Below the pieces are notes generated by a model. It had not been told where the DNA came from and ran no database searches. It worked only from the letters and a program-made list of their open reading frames with translations. A stretch of DNA of 60,157 nucleotides, the filler included. It is 4 parts of 4 records of this genome, joined end to end, with 100 filler letters (N's around TTAATTAATTAA, not from the genome) between each part and the next. Parts side by side here need not be neighbours in the genome. Positions count along the whole stretch, not along the records: positions 29,625 to 60,157 come from DRR723986_96235; 3 more parts are not named here. One strand, 5' to 3'. Below are positions 50,079 through 60,157 of the stretch, piece after piece. Numbering within the stretch: position 1 is the stretch's first letter; each line of letters opens with the position of its first letter. The position numbers and the translations under genes are program-made.

Positions 50079-51971
50079 TTATTTCTTTAGCCAGGCATTA
50101 CGTAAAGCAACTTTCTCATCTGATGCGTTAGGATCTTCAATTAATGATTCGCTTTCTGCTGTAGCCTTTGTAAGAATCGTTTTAATCATAACTGTTTCAC
50201 CATTGCGATTTAATTCAACATCAATCTCCTGCCCTTCTTGCCATCCATACATTCCTGTAATAATTTCTTGAGCATTCATTAAGGTCAATTCTTTAGCATC
50301 AACTTTTTTTATGACATCACCGACCTGCACACCTTGAGATGCCCAGAAAGAATTTTTAAGTGCCATTTCAGAGAAAAATATTTCGCCTTTTTGAGGATCA
50401 GCATCAAAAATTATGTTTTGGCCACCAGCAAAAATATAATTTGTTGGAATTTCGGAATTGCCATATATTAAACCAACCATATCAAAAAATTTATCATAAT
50501 TAATAGGAACATCACCTTCAACATATGTTTTAAAAAACTCTCCAATACTTGGGTAGGTCATAGCAGTAATTTCTTCAATAATTTTATCATCTTCAAATGG
50601 TTTATTCTTACCATATTTGTTTGATAATTCTTTCATAAGCGATAACATGCTGCGCTCTCCATTACTTTCCTTACGCATTATAATATCAATACACATACCT
50701 ATTAATGCACCCTTCATATACACGTTGTAATAATTAGAGGCATATGGTTCTTCCAATACATTTTCACTCATAATAGTGAAACTCATAGCATCGTCTAAGT
50801 TTTTAGAAGTTGCTATCTTAGACATAATTGTATTATAAAACTCATTAGGCTCTACAAGTCCTTGATAAACTTGGAAGTGTTGTGCAAAATATTCGGTAAC
50901 TCCTTCGTACATCCAAAGATGCTTAGAGAATGTAGGTTGGTTATAATCAAAATAGTGAACATCTTCAGAATGCACTGATAATGGAGTTACAATATGAAAA
51001 AATTCATGAGCAACCACATCTATAATTGAACTTGCTAAACCTTCTTTACTCGAAGCTTCAGTTAATACTACTACTGTAGAGGTATGATGCTCTAATGCTC
51101 CCATGCCTTTTGGTGCAGTCTCAGAACCATCTGATAAGTACAAGTAGATATCATAACGTGGTGTGCTATTAATATCACCTAGATAGGCCTTTTGAGCTTC
51201 CATCATGGTAAATACAGTCTCTTTCATACTAGCCGCTGTATGTACCTTGTTGGGTGAGTATACACTTAAAACAATTTTTATATCACCCACCATAAATTCT
51301 TCAACATCTAATTTTCCATACATCATAGGGTTATCTGTGATATCAAAATAACGTTCAGCAAAATAACTACTAGTAATTGCTCTACCATCTGCGCTAGATT
51401 TCATCCCTCTATCTTCTAAGGCCGAAGTTCTTACAAATGTAGCTGGTGCTGTAACATCTAATGCATATTGGTTATTTTTCAAAGAGTCAAAATAACCTAT
51501 AAAACCGTGCAGATTTAATACATAATTATCCTCCTCAATATTTGTTCCGGCAGGAGAAAAAGGATTCTCACCACCTATACCACCTGATGATTCAATATCA
51601 AATGTATCATTTACGTAGTAGGTGATTTTATCAAGTTTAGAAGCATTTTCTATAGTCCACGTATTAGTATCTACTTTGGTTACAGCTAGCTGATTTCCAT
51701 CATAATCAAGAGCTTTCATATCATCAATGTACTTTCCAAAGTCACTTACTGAATAGGTACCTTGCACAACTCTAGGAAGTCTATATGTAACGGTTTCAGC
51801 TGTAAAACGGCCAGGATTTATTGTTACAGGAACTTTATCTTCTTTTACGGAGGTTAGGTCTAAGGCTGTTTCAATAGGATTATTTACTGCTAAATCATCT
51901 ACTGTAGGTTTTGCAGATCCACAAGCCACTAAAATTGTACTTAAGCCTAGAATGGCTATATAATTCTTCAT
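50079..51971 (-). CDS. M61 family metallopeptidase with PDZ domain, lipoprotein
   Basis: LVAC lipobox; GALEH; AHEFFH; LWMYEGVTEY; C-terminal PDZ-like region. Confidence 0.92.
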   Translation of the reverse strand: MKNYIAILGLSTILVACGSAKPTVDDLAVNNPIETALDLTSVKEDKVPVTINPGRFTAETVTYRLPRVVQGTYSVSDFGKYIDDMKALDYDGNQLAVTKVDTNTWTIENASKLDKITYYVNDTFDIESSGGIGGENPFSPAGTNIEEDNYVLNLHGFIGYFDSLKNNQYALDVTAPATFVRTSALEDRGMKSSADGRAITSSYFAERYFDITDNPMMYGKLDVEEFMVGDIKIVLSVYSPNKVHTAASMKETVFTMMEAQKAYLGDINSTPRYDIYLYLSDGSETAPKGMGALEHHTSTVVVLTEASSKEGLASSIIDVVAHEFFHIVTPLSVHSEDVHYFDYNQPTFSKHLWMYEGVTEYFAQHFQVYQGLVEPNEFYNTIMSKIATSKNLDDAMSFTIMSENVLEEPYASNYYNVYMKGALIGMCIDIIMRKESNGERSMLSLMKELSNKYGKNKPFEDDKIIEEITAMTYPSIGEFFKTYVEGDVPINYDKFFDMVGLIYGNSEIPTNYIFAGGQNIIFDADPQKGEIFFSEMALKNSFWASQGVQVGDVIKKVDAKELTLMNAQEIITGMYGWQEGQEIDVELNRNGETVMIKTILTKATAESESLIEDPNASDEKVALRNAWLKK

Positions 51972-52055
51972 TTTTTAATTTTTAGTTTTTTCTTTGACGC
52001 ACAAAACTACAATCTGTTACCATGAAAAACCTAAAGGTTTTGTTAAATTCGCGTC

Positions 52056-53063
52056 ATGTCTAAACCGTTAATCAGTATTGTTATTCCATTTAAAAACACA
52101 GATTTATACATTACTGAATGTGTAGAATCTATCTTGAAACAGTCTTACGGCAATTGGGAAGCCATTTTTGTAGATGATAATTCAACGGACAGAAGCTATA
52201 CTATAATTGAAGAATTTGCTAAAAAGGATTCAAGAATTAAATTGTTTTCTAACATTGGAAGTGGAATCATCCATGCACTTAGAAAGGCATATAATCAAAG
52301 CTCTGGTGAATATATAACAAGAATGGATAGTGATGATATTATGACAACTGACCGCTTAGAAACAATGGTAACGAGCCTTATACATTTTGAAAAAAAACAT
52401 CTAGCGATTGGCCAAGTGAAGTATTTTAGAAAAGATGGTGTTAATGATGGTTTTAGAAAATATGAACAATGGCTAAACAGACTTACAAAATCAGGTAGCA
52501 ATTATTCTGAAATCTATAAAGAGTGTGTTATACCATCGCCTTGTTGGATGATACATCGTGAAGATTTTGATAGAGCTAAGGGATTTAACTCAGCTCGCTA
52601 CCCAGAAGACTATGACCTTACTTTTAGATTTTACGAGCAAGGTTATTCTTGCATTCCTTGCGATAAGGTTTTGCTTCATTGGAGAGATTATAGTACACGT
52701 ACATCAAGAACACATGAACATTATGCTCAGAACTATTTCCTAGACATTAAAGTGCATTATTTTTTAGAACTGGAATACGACAATACAAGACCACTAACTA
52801 TCTGGGGAGCAGGTGCAAAAGGCAAAAGAGTAGCAAAGTTATTATTAGAAAATAATATTTCATTTCATTGGATTTGCGATAACCCAAAGAAAATCGGTAA
52901 ACATATTTATGACGAGAAATTATTAAACTTTGATTATTTAAAAGAATTAAGTAATCCACAAAGCATTGTCACAGTTGCCAATGAATCAGCCCAAAGTGAT
53001 ATAAAAGCCTATTTTAAAGCCCAGAATATGTATCCTATGAAGGATTATTTCTTTTTCTGTTAA
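52056..53063 (+). CDS. Glycosyltransferase family 2
   Basis: ISIVIP; VDDNSTD; RMDSDD; PEDYDL. Confidence 0.92.
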   Translation: MSKPLISIVIPFKNTDLYITECVESILKQSYGNWEAIFVDDNSTDRSYTIIEEFAKKDSRIKLFSNIGSGIIHALRKAYNQSSGEYITRMDSDDIMTTDRLETMVTSLIHFEKKHLAIGQVKYFRKDGVNDGFRKYEQWLNRLTKSGSNYSEIYKECVIPSPCWMIHREDFDRAKGFNSARYPEDYDLTFRFYEQGYSCIPCDKVLLHWRDYSTRTSRTHEHYAQNYFLDIKVHYFLELEYDNTRPLTIWGAGAKGKRVAKLLLENNISFHWICDNPKKIGKHIYDEKLLNFDYLKELSNPQSIVTVANESAQSDIKAYFKAQNMYPMKDYFFFC

Positions 53064-53103
53064 ATTTCTCAAAAGCTAAATGCTGTTATCCCATGGCATT
53101 TTC

Positions 53104-53111
53104 TATATTTG
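53104..53111 (+). promoter_or_regulatory. Bacteroidota -7 promoter element
   Basis: TATATTTG 25 nt upstream of the ATG at 53137. Confidence 0.5.
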
Positions 53112-53136
53112 ATTTATCTAAAGCAACGATCCAGGA

Positions 53137-55062
53137 ATGCAGTTTAAATACCCAGAATTACTTTACTTTCTATTTTTACTGATTATACCTATCCTTATTC
53201 ATTTATTTCAGTTACGACGTTTTCAGAAGGTACAATTTACCAACGTAAAATTCCTTAAATCAGTTAAATTACAGACTAGAAAAAGTTCGCAATTAAAAAA
53301 ATGGTTAACATTATTAACCAGAATGTTGTTGTTAGCGTGCACTATATTTGCTTTTGCTCAACCATTCATTCCTAATACCGAGGAGTTTAATGAAGAACAA
53401 GAGACTGTTATTTATTTAGATAATTCTTACAGCATGGAAGTTAAAGGCAGTAATGGTTCACTGCTTAATGAAGCCATACAAGATTTAATAAATAATATTC
53501 CTGAGGATGAAAAATTTAGTTTATTCACTAATACCAATACCTATACCAATACGACATTAAAAGCTGTTAAAAATGATTTAATAAATTTATCGTTCTCACC
53601 ACGACAACTTAATTATGAAGCCGCTTATTTAAAAGGAAGGCAGTTGTTTTCTAAAAATAATTCAGCCACTAAGAATTTAGTTTTAATCTCTGATTTTCAG
53701 CAAAAGGAAGGTCCACTTAATTTTAATAATGATAGTCTTTTAAAGCTAAAAATAGTTCAGCCTAAGGCAACTATTACTAATAACCTTAGTATTGATAGTT
53801 TATTTGTTTCTAACTCACAGGCCGAAACTATGGACATTACAGTGCTCGTTTCGAGTGGTGACGAGGTAATTGAAAATGTCTCTGTTTCATTATTTAATAA
53901 TGATGTTTTGCTTTCAAAAAGTTCTATAAATGTAGATAAAGTAGCTCAAGCTGTTTTTACAATTCCTAATAATACAAGCATTGATGGCAAATTAGTATTA
54001 GAGGATGCCTCCTTACAAAATGATAACACGTTTTATTTTAATATTAATTCCAAGCCAAAAATTAATGTATTAAGCATTAATGGTACTAATGAAGATTCCT
54101 TTCTTAAACGCATCTATACTAATGACGAGTTTCAATTTAATAGTTATGCTATAGATGCTTTAAATTTTAACCTTATTCCAGAACAAAACTTAATTGTTCT
54201 AAACGAATTAGATGATATTTCTAATGCGTTATCTACAGCACTTAAAGCTTTTATAATGGACGGAGGTTTAACTGTAATTATACCTTCAGATAATATAACT
54301 TTAAACACTTACAATCAATTGTTTAACGAATTAAATATAGCTAATTACATTGGTGTGTTTTCTAACGAGAAACGAATCACGTCAATTAATTATGATCACC
54401 CTTTATTAAAAAATGCATTTTACTCTAGAGTTACTAATTTTCAATACCCGAAAGTAAAATCATCGTATCGCCTTAGCTCTAATAGAAACAGTGTTTTATC
54501 CTATGAGGATGGTAGTTCATTCTTAAAAGGTAATGGTAATGTTTATCTTTTTTCTGCAGCAATAAACACTAGGAATTCTAATTTTAAAAGTTCACCATTA
54601 ATTGTACCTGTTTTGTATAATTTAGGTAAGCAAAGCCTGAAAATTTCCGAATTATATTACAATGTAGGACAACAAAACACAATTGATGTTAATGCCACAG
54701 TGGGTCAAGACGATATTTTAACCCTAAATACTAATGATAAAGCTGTAATTCCTTTACAGAAAACATTTAGTAAAAGTGTAGAGATTAAAACCGATGAATA
54801 TCCGGATGAAGCTGGCATATTCAGTATAAAGAATAAAAATAACATATTGCAAAACATAAGCTTTAATTATAGCAGAGATGAAAGTAACCTTACCTATTAC
54901 AATCTATCCGATTTAGAAAATGCTTCGCTAGATAATAGTGTGGCTACAGCAATAAACACTATAAAAAGTAATACAAATGTTAATGCCCTATGGAAATGGT
55001 TTGTTATTTTTGCACTAGCATTTTTAATTATTGAAATGCTTATTCTAAAATATCTTAAATGA
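53137..55062 (+). CDS. BatA N-terminal domain / vWA domain membrane protein
   Basis: IPILIHLFQLRRF...FTNV.FL; YLDNSYSM; ISDFQ; C-terminal LWKWF TM. Confidence 0.85.
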   Translation: MQFKYPELLYFLFLLIIPILIHLFQLRRFQKVQFTNVKFLKSVKLQTRKSSQLKKWLTLLTRMLLLACTIFAFAQPFIPNTEEFNEEQETVIYLDNSYSMEVKGSNGSLLNEAIQDLINNIPEDEKFSLFTNTNTYTNTTLKAVKNDLINLSFSPRQLNYEAAYLKGRQLFSKNNSATKNLVLISDFQQKEGPLNFNNDSLLKLKIVQPKATITNNLSIDSLFVSNSQAETMDITVLVSSGDEVIENVSVSLFNNDVLLSKSSINVDKVAQAVFTIPNNTSIDGKLVLEDASLQNDNTFYFNINSKPKINVLSINGTNEDSFLKRIYTNDEFQFNSYAIDALNFNLIPEQNLIVLNELDDISNALSTALKAFIMDGGLTVIIPSDNITLNTYNQLFNELNIANYIGVFSNEKRITSINYDHPLLKNAFYSRVTNFQYPKVKSSYRLSSNRNSVLSYEDGSSFLKGNGNVYLFSAAINTRNSNFKSSPLIVPVLYNLGKQSLKISELYYNVGQQNTIDVNATVGQDDILTLNTNDKAVIPLQKTFSKSVEIKTDEYPDEAGIFSIKNKNNILQNISFNYSRDESNLTYYNLSDLENASLDNSVATAINTIKSNTNVNALWKWFVIFALAFLIIEMLILKYLK

Positions 55063-56312
55063 ACGCACTCATAAAATCTGCAACCATCGTTGATTCTAAA
55101 AGTGATTTTCACAATGAAACGGTTGATATTTTAATTGAAAAAGGTCGTATTTCTAAGGTTTCTAAACGCATTACCAATCCTAACAATTATAGAGAAATAA
55201 AGCTCAATAATTTACATGTTTCCCGAGGTTGGTTTGATAGTAGTGTATCATTTGGAGAGCCAGGTTACGAAGAACGCGAAACAATAAATAATGGCCTCAA
55301 GACTGCAGCAAAATCAGGTTTTACAGCGGTTGTATTAAATGCGAATTCTAATCCGGTTATTGACAGCTATGCAGATATTACTTTTGTAAAATCTAAAGCC
55401 CATGATAAAGCAGTAAGCTTGTACCCTATTGGTGCTTTAACCAAAGGCAGTAAAGGTGAAGATTTAGCGGAGTTATTTGATATGAAAAATGCAGGTGCAG
55501 TTGCCTTTTACGATTATCAGCAGCCTATATCTAATCCAAATCTTATGAAAATTGCTTTGCAATATGCCAGCAATTTTGATGGATTAGTATGCTCTTTTCC
55601 TCAAGAATCTAAAATTACTGGTCTTGGTGTAGCTAATGAGCATATAAACAGTACTAAATTAGGACTAAAAGGTAATCCAGCTCTTGCCGAAGAAATGCAA
55701 GTAGCACGCGATTTATTTTTACTTGAATATACTGAAGGCAAACTACACATACCAACAATCTCTACGGCAAAATCAGTTGATTTAATTAGAGCTGCTAAGT
55801 CAAAAAAGTTGGATGTGAGTTGCAGTGTAGCGATACATAATTTATTTTTCACTGATGACGCATTACAAACTTTTGATACCAACTTTAAAGTACTTCCGCC
55901 TCTAAGAACACAAAAAGACTGTGAAGCACTTATAGAAGGCTTAAAGGACGGTACTATAGACATGGTAACCACAGATCATAATCCTATTGATATTGAAGAC
56001 AAGAAAATAGAATTTGATTTTGCTAAATATGGAACTATTGGACTTGAATCTGCTTTTGGTGTTTTACAAACAATGTTTACAACTAAAAAGACAATAGCAT
56101 TATTAACACAAGGTAAATCAAGGTATGGTATTGAAGAACATACAATAGCAGAAGGCGCAAAGGCAGATCTAAGCCTATTTAATCCTGATGCCACCTATAC
56201 TTTTAATACATCTCATATTTTATCTAAATCAAAGAATAGTGCTTTTTTAAACTCAGACTTAAAAGGTCTGGTTTATGGTGTCATTTCAAATAACAAAATT
56301 TCACTTAAATAA
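55059..56312 (+). CDS. Dihydroorotase-like amidohydrolase lacking the HxH metal motif (probable pseudo-enzyme)
   Basis: GWFDSSVSFGEPG in place of DxHxH; KVLPPLR; TDHNP; GTIGLE. Confidence 0.85.
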   Translation: MNALIKSATIVDSKSDFHNETVDILIEKGRISKVSKRITNPNNYREIKLNNLHVSRGWFDSSVSFGEPGYEERETINNGLKTAAKSGFTAVVLNANSNPVIDSYADITFVKSKAHDKAVSLYPIGALTKGSKGEDLAELFDMKNAGAVAFYDYQQPISNPNLMKIALQYASNFDGLVCSFPQESKITGLGVANEHINSTKLGLKGNPALAEEMQVARDLFLLEYTEGKLHIPTISTAKSVDLIRAAKSKKLDVSCSVAIHNLFFTDDALQTFDTNFKVLPPLRTQKDCEALIEGLKDGTIDMVTTDHNPIDIEDKKIEFDFAKYGTIGLESAFGVLQTMFTTKKTIALLTQGKSRYGIEEHTIAEGAKADLSLFNPDATYTFNTSHILSKSKNSAFLNSDLKGLVYGVISNNKISLK

Positions 56313-56644
56313 TGGATCAGAATACTATCAATGACGGCAAAACCTATGCCCTTATTGCATATCTCACTTTAATAGGTACATTAATTGCTTTTATTATGAA
56401 TCAGGAAAAACGTAATCCGTTTACTTCTTTTCATGTAAGACAAGGTTTAGGTTTAGGTTTATTATATATAGCAATAGGCTATATTGTAAGTAGTTTAGAC
56501 AGTATGATGGTGAGCATGTCTTTCTGGATATTTTTCTCTGTTCTTTTCCTTTATGGAATTTATGGAGCCATCACAGGACAGCTAAATAAAATTCCCATTT
56601 TAGGAGAATTTTTTCAGAAATGGTTTCAATCTATAGGCCAATAA
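56312..56644 (+). CDS. DUF4870-like small membrane protein
   Basis: IAYLT...FHVRQGLGL; IPILG; three TM segments. Confidence 0.75.
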   Translation: MDQNTINDGKTYALIAYLTLIGTLIAFIMNQEKRNPFTSFHVRQGLGLGLLYIAIGYIVSSLDSMMVSMSFWIFFSVLFLYGIYGAITGQLNKIPILGEFFQKWFQSIGQ

Positions 56645-56647
56645 TTT

Positions 56648-57295
56648 ATGACTACACCATTACATTATATTAAAAAACCATCTACCCTACCGAAGGATGC
56701 ACCATTATTAATAATGTGCCACGGTTACGGCAGTGATGAAAATGATTTGTTTTCATTTTCATCTGAATTACCAGAAGAATTATTTATTATTTCTTTACGG
56801 GCTCCATATGCTATGCAACCATTTGGTAATGCTTGGTATGCCATTAATTTTGATGCAGAAAAAGGAAAATGGAGTGATAACGTTCAAGCTCAACTATCGG
56901 TAGATCTCATTTCAAATTTCATTGATTATGCTTGTGAAACTTATCCTATAGATTCTAAAAATGTTACCCTCTTGGGTTTTAGTCAAGGAACCATTTTGAG
57001 TATAGCTGTGGCTCTCAATTATCCTCAAAAAGTAAAGAATATTGTAGCACTCAGTGGTTATATAAATGTGGAATTATTGCCACGAAAACTTGAAGAGTCA
57101 CAAGTCAGTTCACTAAATTTCTTCTGTTCGCATGGTTCTGTAGACCAAGTAATTCCAGTTAATTGGGCCAGAAAAACGCCAGAAATACTACATTCATTAG
57201 GAGTTAATCATATCTATAAAGAATATCCTGTTGGGCACGGTGTAGCGCCACAAAACTTTTATGATTTTAAAGATTGGTTAACGAAGTATATCTAA
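56648..57295 (+). CDS. Alpha/beta hydrolase (phospholipase/carboxylesterase family)
   Basis: HGYGS; GFSQG; HG..D.VIP; GHG. Confidence 0.9.
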   Translation: MTTPLHYIKKPSTLPKDAPLLIMCHGYGSDENDLFSFSSELPEELFIISLRAPYAMQPFGNAWYAINFDAEKGKWSDNVQAQLSVDLISNFIDYACETYPIDSKNVTLLGFSQGTILSIAVALNYPQKVKNIVALSGYINVELLPRKLEESQVSSLNFFCSHGSVDQVIPVNWARKTPEILHSLGVNHIYKEYPVGHGVAPQNFYDFKDWLTKYI

Positions 57296-57798
57296 CCTAT
57301 TTTTGGGTAGAGAAAATACTCCACCAATTTATATTTTAGGTTACTATTTTCGTCTATCGAATAGGTTAAAAATATTTCTCCCCAAAATTCACCATCCGTA
57401 AAGTTTGCTGCAATCCATTTATGATTTAGAACTCTAATTTTATTGATAAGCAATTTAGACTCGGTCATAGATACATAAGGGACAATAGGATGTTCCTCTC
57501 CTTCATAATTATTCATATCATATAAGCCATCAATAATTGCAGGAATCAATTGTTCAGTATCATAACCTTGTGCCTCAAAATAAGTCAATGCATCTTCATT
57601 TCTATCAATATTAAAATAACTCAACTCAAATATTTCATCTTCTAAAACTGTTATATTGTTCTCACTTTCACTAATTTTTGTTTTGTAAGTAGCAATATCT
57701 TTTTCGTATTTATCAATTATGTTTTTTGAATTTACATATTGAAAAATGATCAATAAAACCGAAAAAATAAATAAGTACATAAATATTTTACTCTTCAT
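57292..57798 (-). CDS. Conserved hypothetical membrane-anchored protein
   Basis: N-terminal TM, coiled coil, INKIRVLNHKWIAANF. Confidence 0.7.
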   Translation of the reverse strand: MKSKIFMYLFIFSVLLIIFQYVNSKNIIDKYEKDIATYKTKISESENNITVLEDEIFELSYFNIDRNEDALTYFEAQGYDTEQLIPAIIDGLYDMNNYEGEEHPIVPYVSMTESKLLINKIRVLNHKWIAANFTDGEFWGEIFLTYSIDENSNLKYKLVEYFLYPKIG

Positions 57799-57802
57799 AA
57801 TA

Positions 57803-58564
57803 CTAAATAGAAATTTGTAAGTTATCGTATGCTAAAAAAACGTTTTTTGGTAATTTTTGTTGTACTTCATCATGGAATCCTAAATGATGACTAATATGAG
57901 TTAAATAAGCCCGTTTAGGTTTTACCTTTTTTATAAAACTTAGGGCTTCTTTGAGATTAAAATGTGAAATATGTGGTTCTCCCCTTAAAGCATTCACTAC
58001 TAAGACTTCTAAATTGTTTAATTTATCAACCTCACTCTCGTCTATCGTTTTCATATCTGTGAGGTAAGCAAAATCTCTGAACCTAAAACCAAATACCTGT
58101 AATTTATTGTGAAGCCCATCAACAGGAATTACCTCTAGATTACCTGCAGTAAAAGGATGATTGTTAATCTCTATTTCGGTAACACTTGGCGCACCAGGAT
58201 ATTTATTCTTAGTTTTAAAAATATAATCAAAACGATTCCGTAAAGCCTTTAAAACGCGCTTATGACCGTAAATGGGAATATCACCCTGTCTAAAAAAGAA
58301 TGGTCTTATATCATCTAATCCCATGGTATGATCTGCATGCTCGTGAGTAAAAATTATACCATCTATCTTAGAACACTTAGCTCTTAACATTTGTTGCCTA
58401 AAATCAGGGCCACAATCAATTACAAAACTATACTCATCCCATTCTACCAATACAGATACACGCAGCCTTTTGTCCTTTGGGTTATCACTTAAACAAACTG
58501 GGTGATTGCTTCCTATAATAGGAATTCCTTGTGAAGTTCCTGTACCTAAAAATGTAATTTTCAA
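57803..58564 (-). CDS. MBL-fold metallo-hydrolase (PhnP-like)
   Basis: TTG start at LKITFLGTGTS; THEHADH; YLTD; THISH; AYD. Confidence 0.92.
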   Translation of the reverse strand: MKITFLGTGTSQGIPIIGSNHPVCLSDNPKDKRLRVSVLVEWDEYSFVIDCGPDFRQQMLRAKCSKIDGIIFTHEHADHTMGLDDIRPFFFRQGDIPIYGHKRVLKALRNRFDYIFKTKNKYPGAPSVTEIEINNHPFTAGNLEVIPVDGLHNKLQVFGFRFRDFAYLTDMKTIDESEVDKLNNLEVLVVNALRGEPHISHFNLKEALSFIKKVKPKRAYLTHISHHLGFHDEVQQKLPKNVFLAYDNLQISI

Positions 58565-58581
58565 TACTGTTAAGTTTAAAA

Positions 58582-58629
58582 CAAAAATAAGCTTATTTTT
58601 TTGTTTGCGATAGTAAATTGATACCTTTG
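58582..58629. promoter_or_regulatory. Divergent Bacteroidota -7 elements
   Basis: TATTTTTG on minus strand (58582-58589) and TACCTTTG on plus strand (58622-58629) between divergent genes. Confidence 0.5.
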
Positions 58630-58656
58630 CCACATTGATGTAAACCCAACAAATCT

Positions 58657-60111
58657 ATGGAAGACATAACGTATAAAGGCGATTCGGAATTTGAAAATAT
58701 TCCTTCACTAAAAGACAAAGCCTTACGTATTAATCTTAACAAAGATATTTATGGCACCTTCGCAGAAATTGGAGCTGGTCAAGAAACAGTGCGTCAGTTT
58801 TTTAGAGCTGGTGGTGCTTCTGGTACTATCGCAAAAACTATGTCTGCTTATGATAAGGATTTTAGTGATGCCATTTATGGTATTGAAGATGATAAAAGAT
58901 ATGTGACTGAAGCTAGATTAAGAAAGATGCTTAATCATGAAGTGGATCTTATTGAACAGCGCATTGTTAGAGAAAAACATCCGAATAAAATATTCTTTGC
59001 ATATGCAAATACAGTTGCGACAATTGATTTTGCAAAAAAATACAAGGGTCATGGTTGGGTAGGAATTAAATATCAAGTAGCACCAGACCAAGAATATAAT
59101 GATATCATACTACACATTCGTTTTAAAGAGAACGATGCAAGATTACAGCAAGAAACTCTTGGTAAATTAGGAACAAACCTTATTTATGGTGCTTTTTACA
59201 AGTACAATCAACCAAGAAAATTACTACGTTACTTGTACGATCATTTAGATAAAGATCAACTAGAAATTGACACTATTAATTTCTCTGGTCCTGTTTATGA
59301 AAATGTAGACAACCGTTTAATGAGTTTGCAATTAGTAAAAAATTACATGACAGATGCTGTTATGTTTGCTCCAGATGGTAATAATGTGTTACCAGCTAGA
59401 GTTTTATACAAAAAGAATATACTTGCTCTAAGAGGTAGTTTTAGACCTGTAACAAAGGTTAATATGGACATGTTTGAGAAATCTTACGAAATGTTCATCA
59501 AAGAAAATAAGGTTGATAAAGAAAAAACTCAGGTTATTTTTGAAATTACATTATCAAACCTCCGTGCTGAAGGAGAAATAGATGAGCAAGATTTTATGGA
59601 TAGAGCGCGTCTACTATGTTCATTAGGACAAACCGTTCTAATTTCTAATTTTCAAGAATATTATAGATTAGTTGAATACTTCTCTCAATATACGAAGAGT
59701 CGCATGGGATTAGCTATGGGTGTAAATAACTTAGTAGATATTTTTGATGAAAAGTATTATCGTCATTTAAGTGGTGGAATATTAGAGGCATTTGGTAAAT
59801 TATTTTACAAAGATTTACGTGTTTACCTCTACCCTATGCAAAATGAAGATGGATCGATTACTAACAGCGAAAACCTAAAAGTCCATCCAAGAATGAAAGA
59901 GCTTTACAAGTTCTTTAAATACAATGGTAAAGTAGTGGATGTTACAGATTTTGATACATCTAACTTATCTGTGTTCTCAAGAAAAGTTCTTAAAATGATT
60001 ACTGATGGTGAAGAAGGTTGGGAAAATATGCTACCAGAAGGTGTTTCTAAATTAATAAAAGAAAAAAGCTTATTTGGCTGTGAATCTTACGAAGTTATTC
60101 ATAAAGCTTAA
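58657..60111 (+). CDS. Conserved cytoplasmic protein with CinA/PncC-like N-domain and degenerate nucleotidyltransferase (NadD-like) C-domain
   Basis: FAEIGAGQE...GGASGT...AY; GSFRPVTKVN; no signal peptide or beta-barrel. Confidence 0.65.
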   Translation: MEDITYKGDSEFENIPSLKDKALRINLNKDIYGTFAEIGAGQETVRQFFRAGGASGTIAKTMSAYDKDFSDAIYGIEDDKRYVTEARLRKMLNHEVDLIEQRIVREKHPNKIFFAYANTVATIDFAKKYKGHGWVGIKYQVAPDQEYNDIILHIRFKENDARLQQETLGKLGTNLIYGAFYKYNQPRKLLRYLYDHLDKDQLEIDTINFSGPVYENVDNRLMSLQLVKNYMTDAVMFAPDGNNVLPARVLYKKNILALRGSFRPVTKVNMDMFEKSYEMFIKENKVDKEKTQVIFEITLSNLRAEGEIDEQDFMDRARLLCSLGQTVLISNFQEYYRLVEYFSQYTKSRMGLAMGVNNLVDIFDEKYYRHLSGGILEAFGKLFYKDLRVYLYPMQNEDGSITNSENLKVHPRMKELYKFFKYNGKVVDVTDFDTSNLSVFSRKVLKMITDGEEGWENMLPEGVSKLIKEKSLFGCESYEVIHKA

Positions 60112-60129
60112 CTCACGACATTATAAACG

Positions 60130-60157
60130 AAAAAGCGACTAATATTAGTCGCTTTTT
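60130..60157. terminator. Bidirectional intrinsic terminator
   Basis: Perfect palindrome aaaaagcgactaat/attagtcgcttttt after the last gene. Confidence 0.85.

Overview
This window is not one locus. It is four unrelated contigs joined by three 100-nt N spacers carrying an artificial TTAATTAATTAA all-frame stop linker (8302-8401, 20630-20729, 29525-29624). Contig 1 (1-8301) is visibly GC-richer and FCB-group-like. It carries a tandem array of three paralogous type IX secretion (T9SS) cargo genes, plus probably the tail of a fourth. These share a C-terminal stalk, have divergent N-terminal heads and have duplicated intergenic elements. Contig 2 (8402-20629) is an AT-rich Bacteroidota polysaccharide-utilisation-like locus: SusC/SusD, two S1 sulfatases, a GMC oxidoreductase with its gluconate-2-dehydrogenase-subunit-3-like partner, and a TIM-barrel sugar isomerase/eliminase. 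It has no glycoside hydrolase, and its ends are an exact 21-bp direct repeat. Contig 3 (20730-29524) is an ordinary Bacteroidota S10-spc ribosomal operon from rplB (partial) to secY and infA (partial). Contig 4 (29625-60157) is a Flavobacteriaceae-like chromosome segment. It holds a thioredoxin-ApbE-DUF4266-DUF3570 flavinylation cluster, serB, a YdbS/YdbT pair, a two-subunit Fe-S oxidoreductase, mlaD/amidase/lptD, peptidases, an AT-rich H-NOX two-component islet and several degenerate enzymes. The best candidates for undescribed systems are the hydrolase-free sulfatase plus oxidative glycoside-cleavage PUL and the variable-head T9SS array. All family assignments come from motif recognition by eye; no searches were run.
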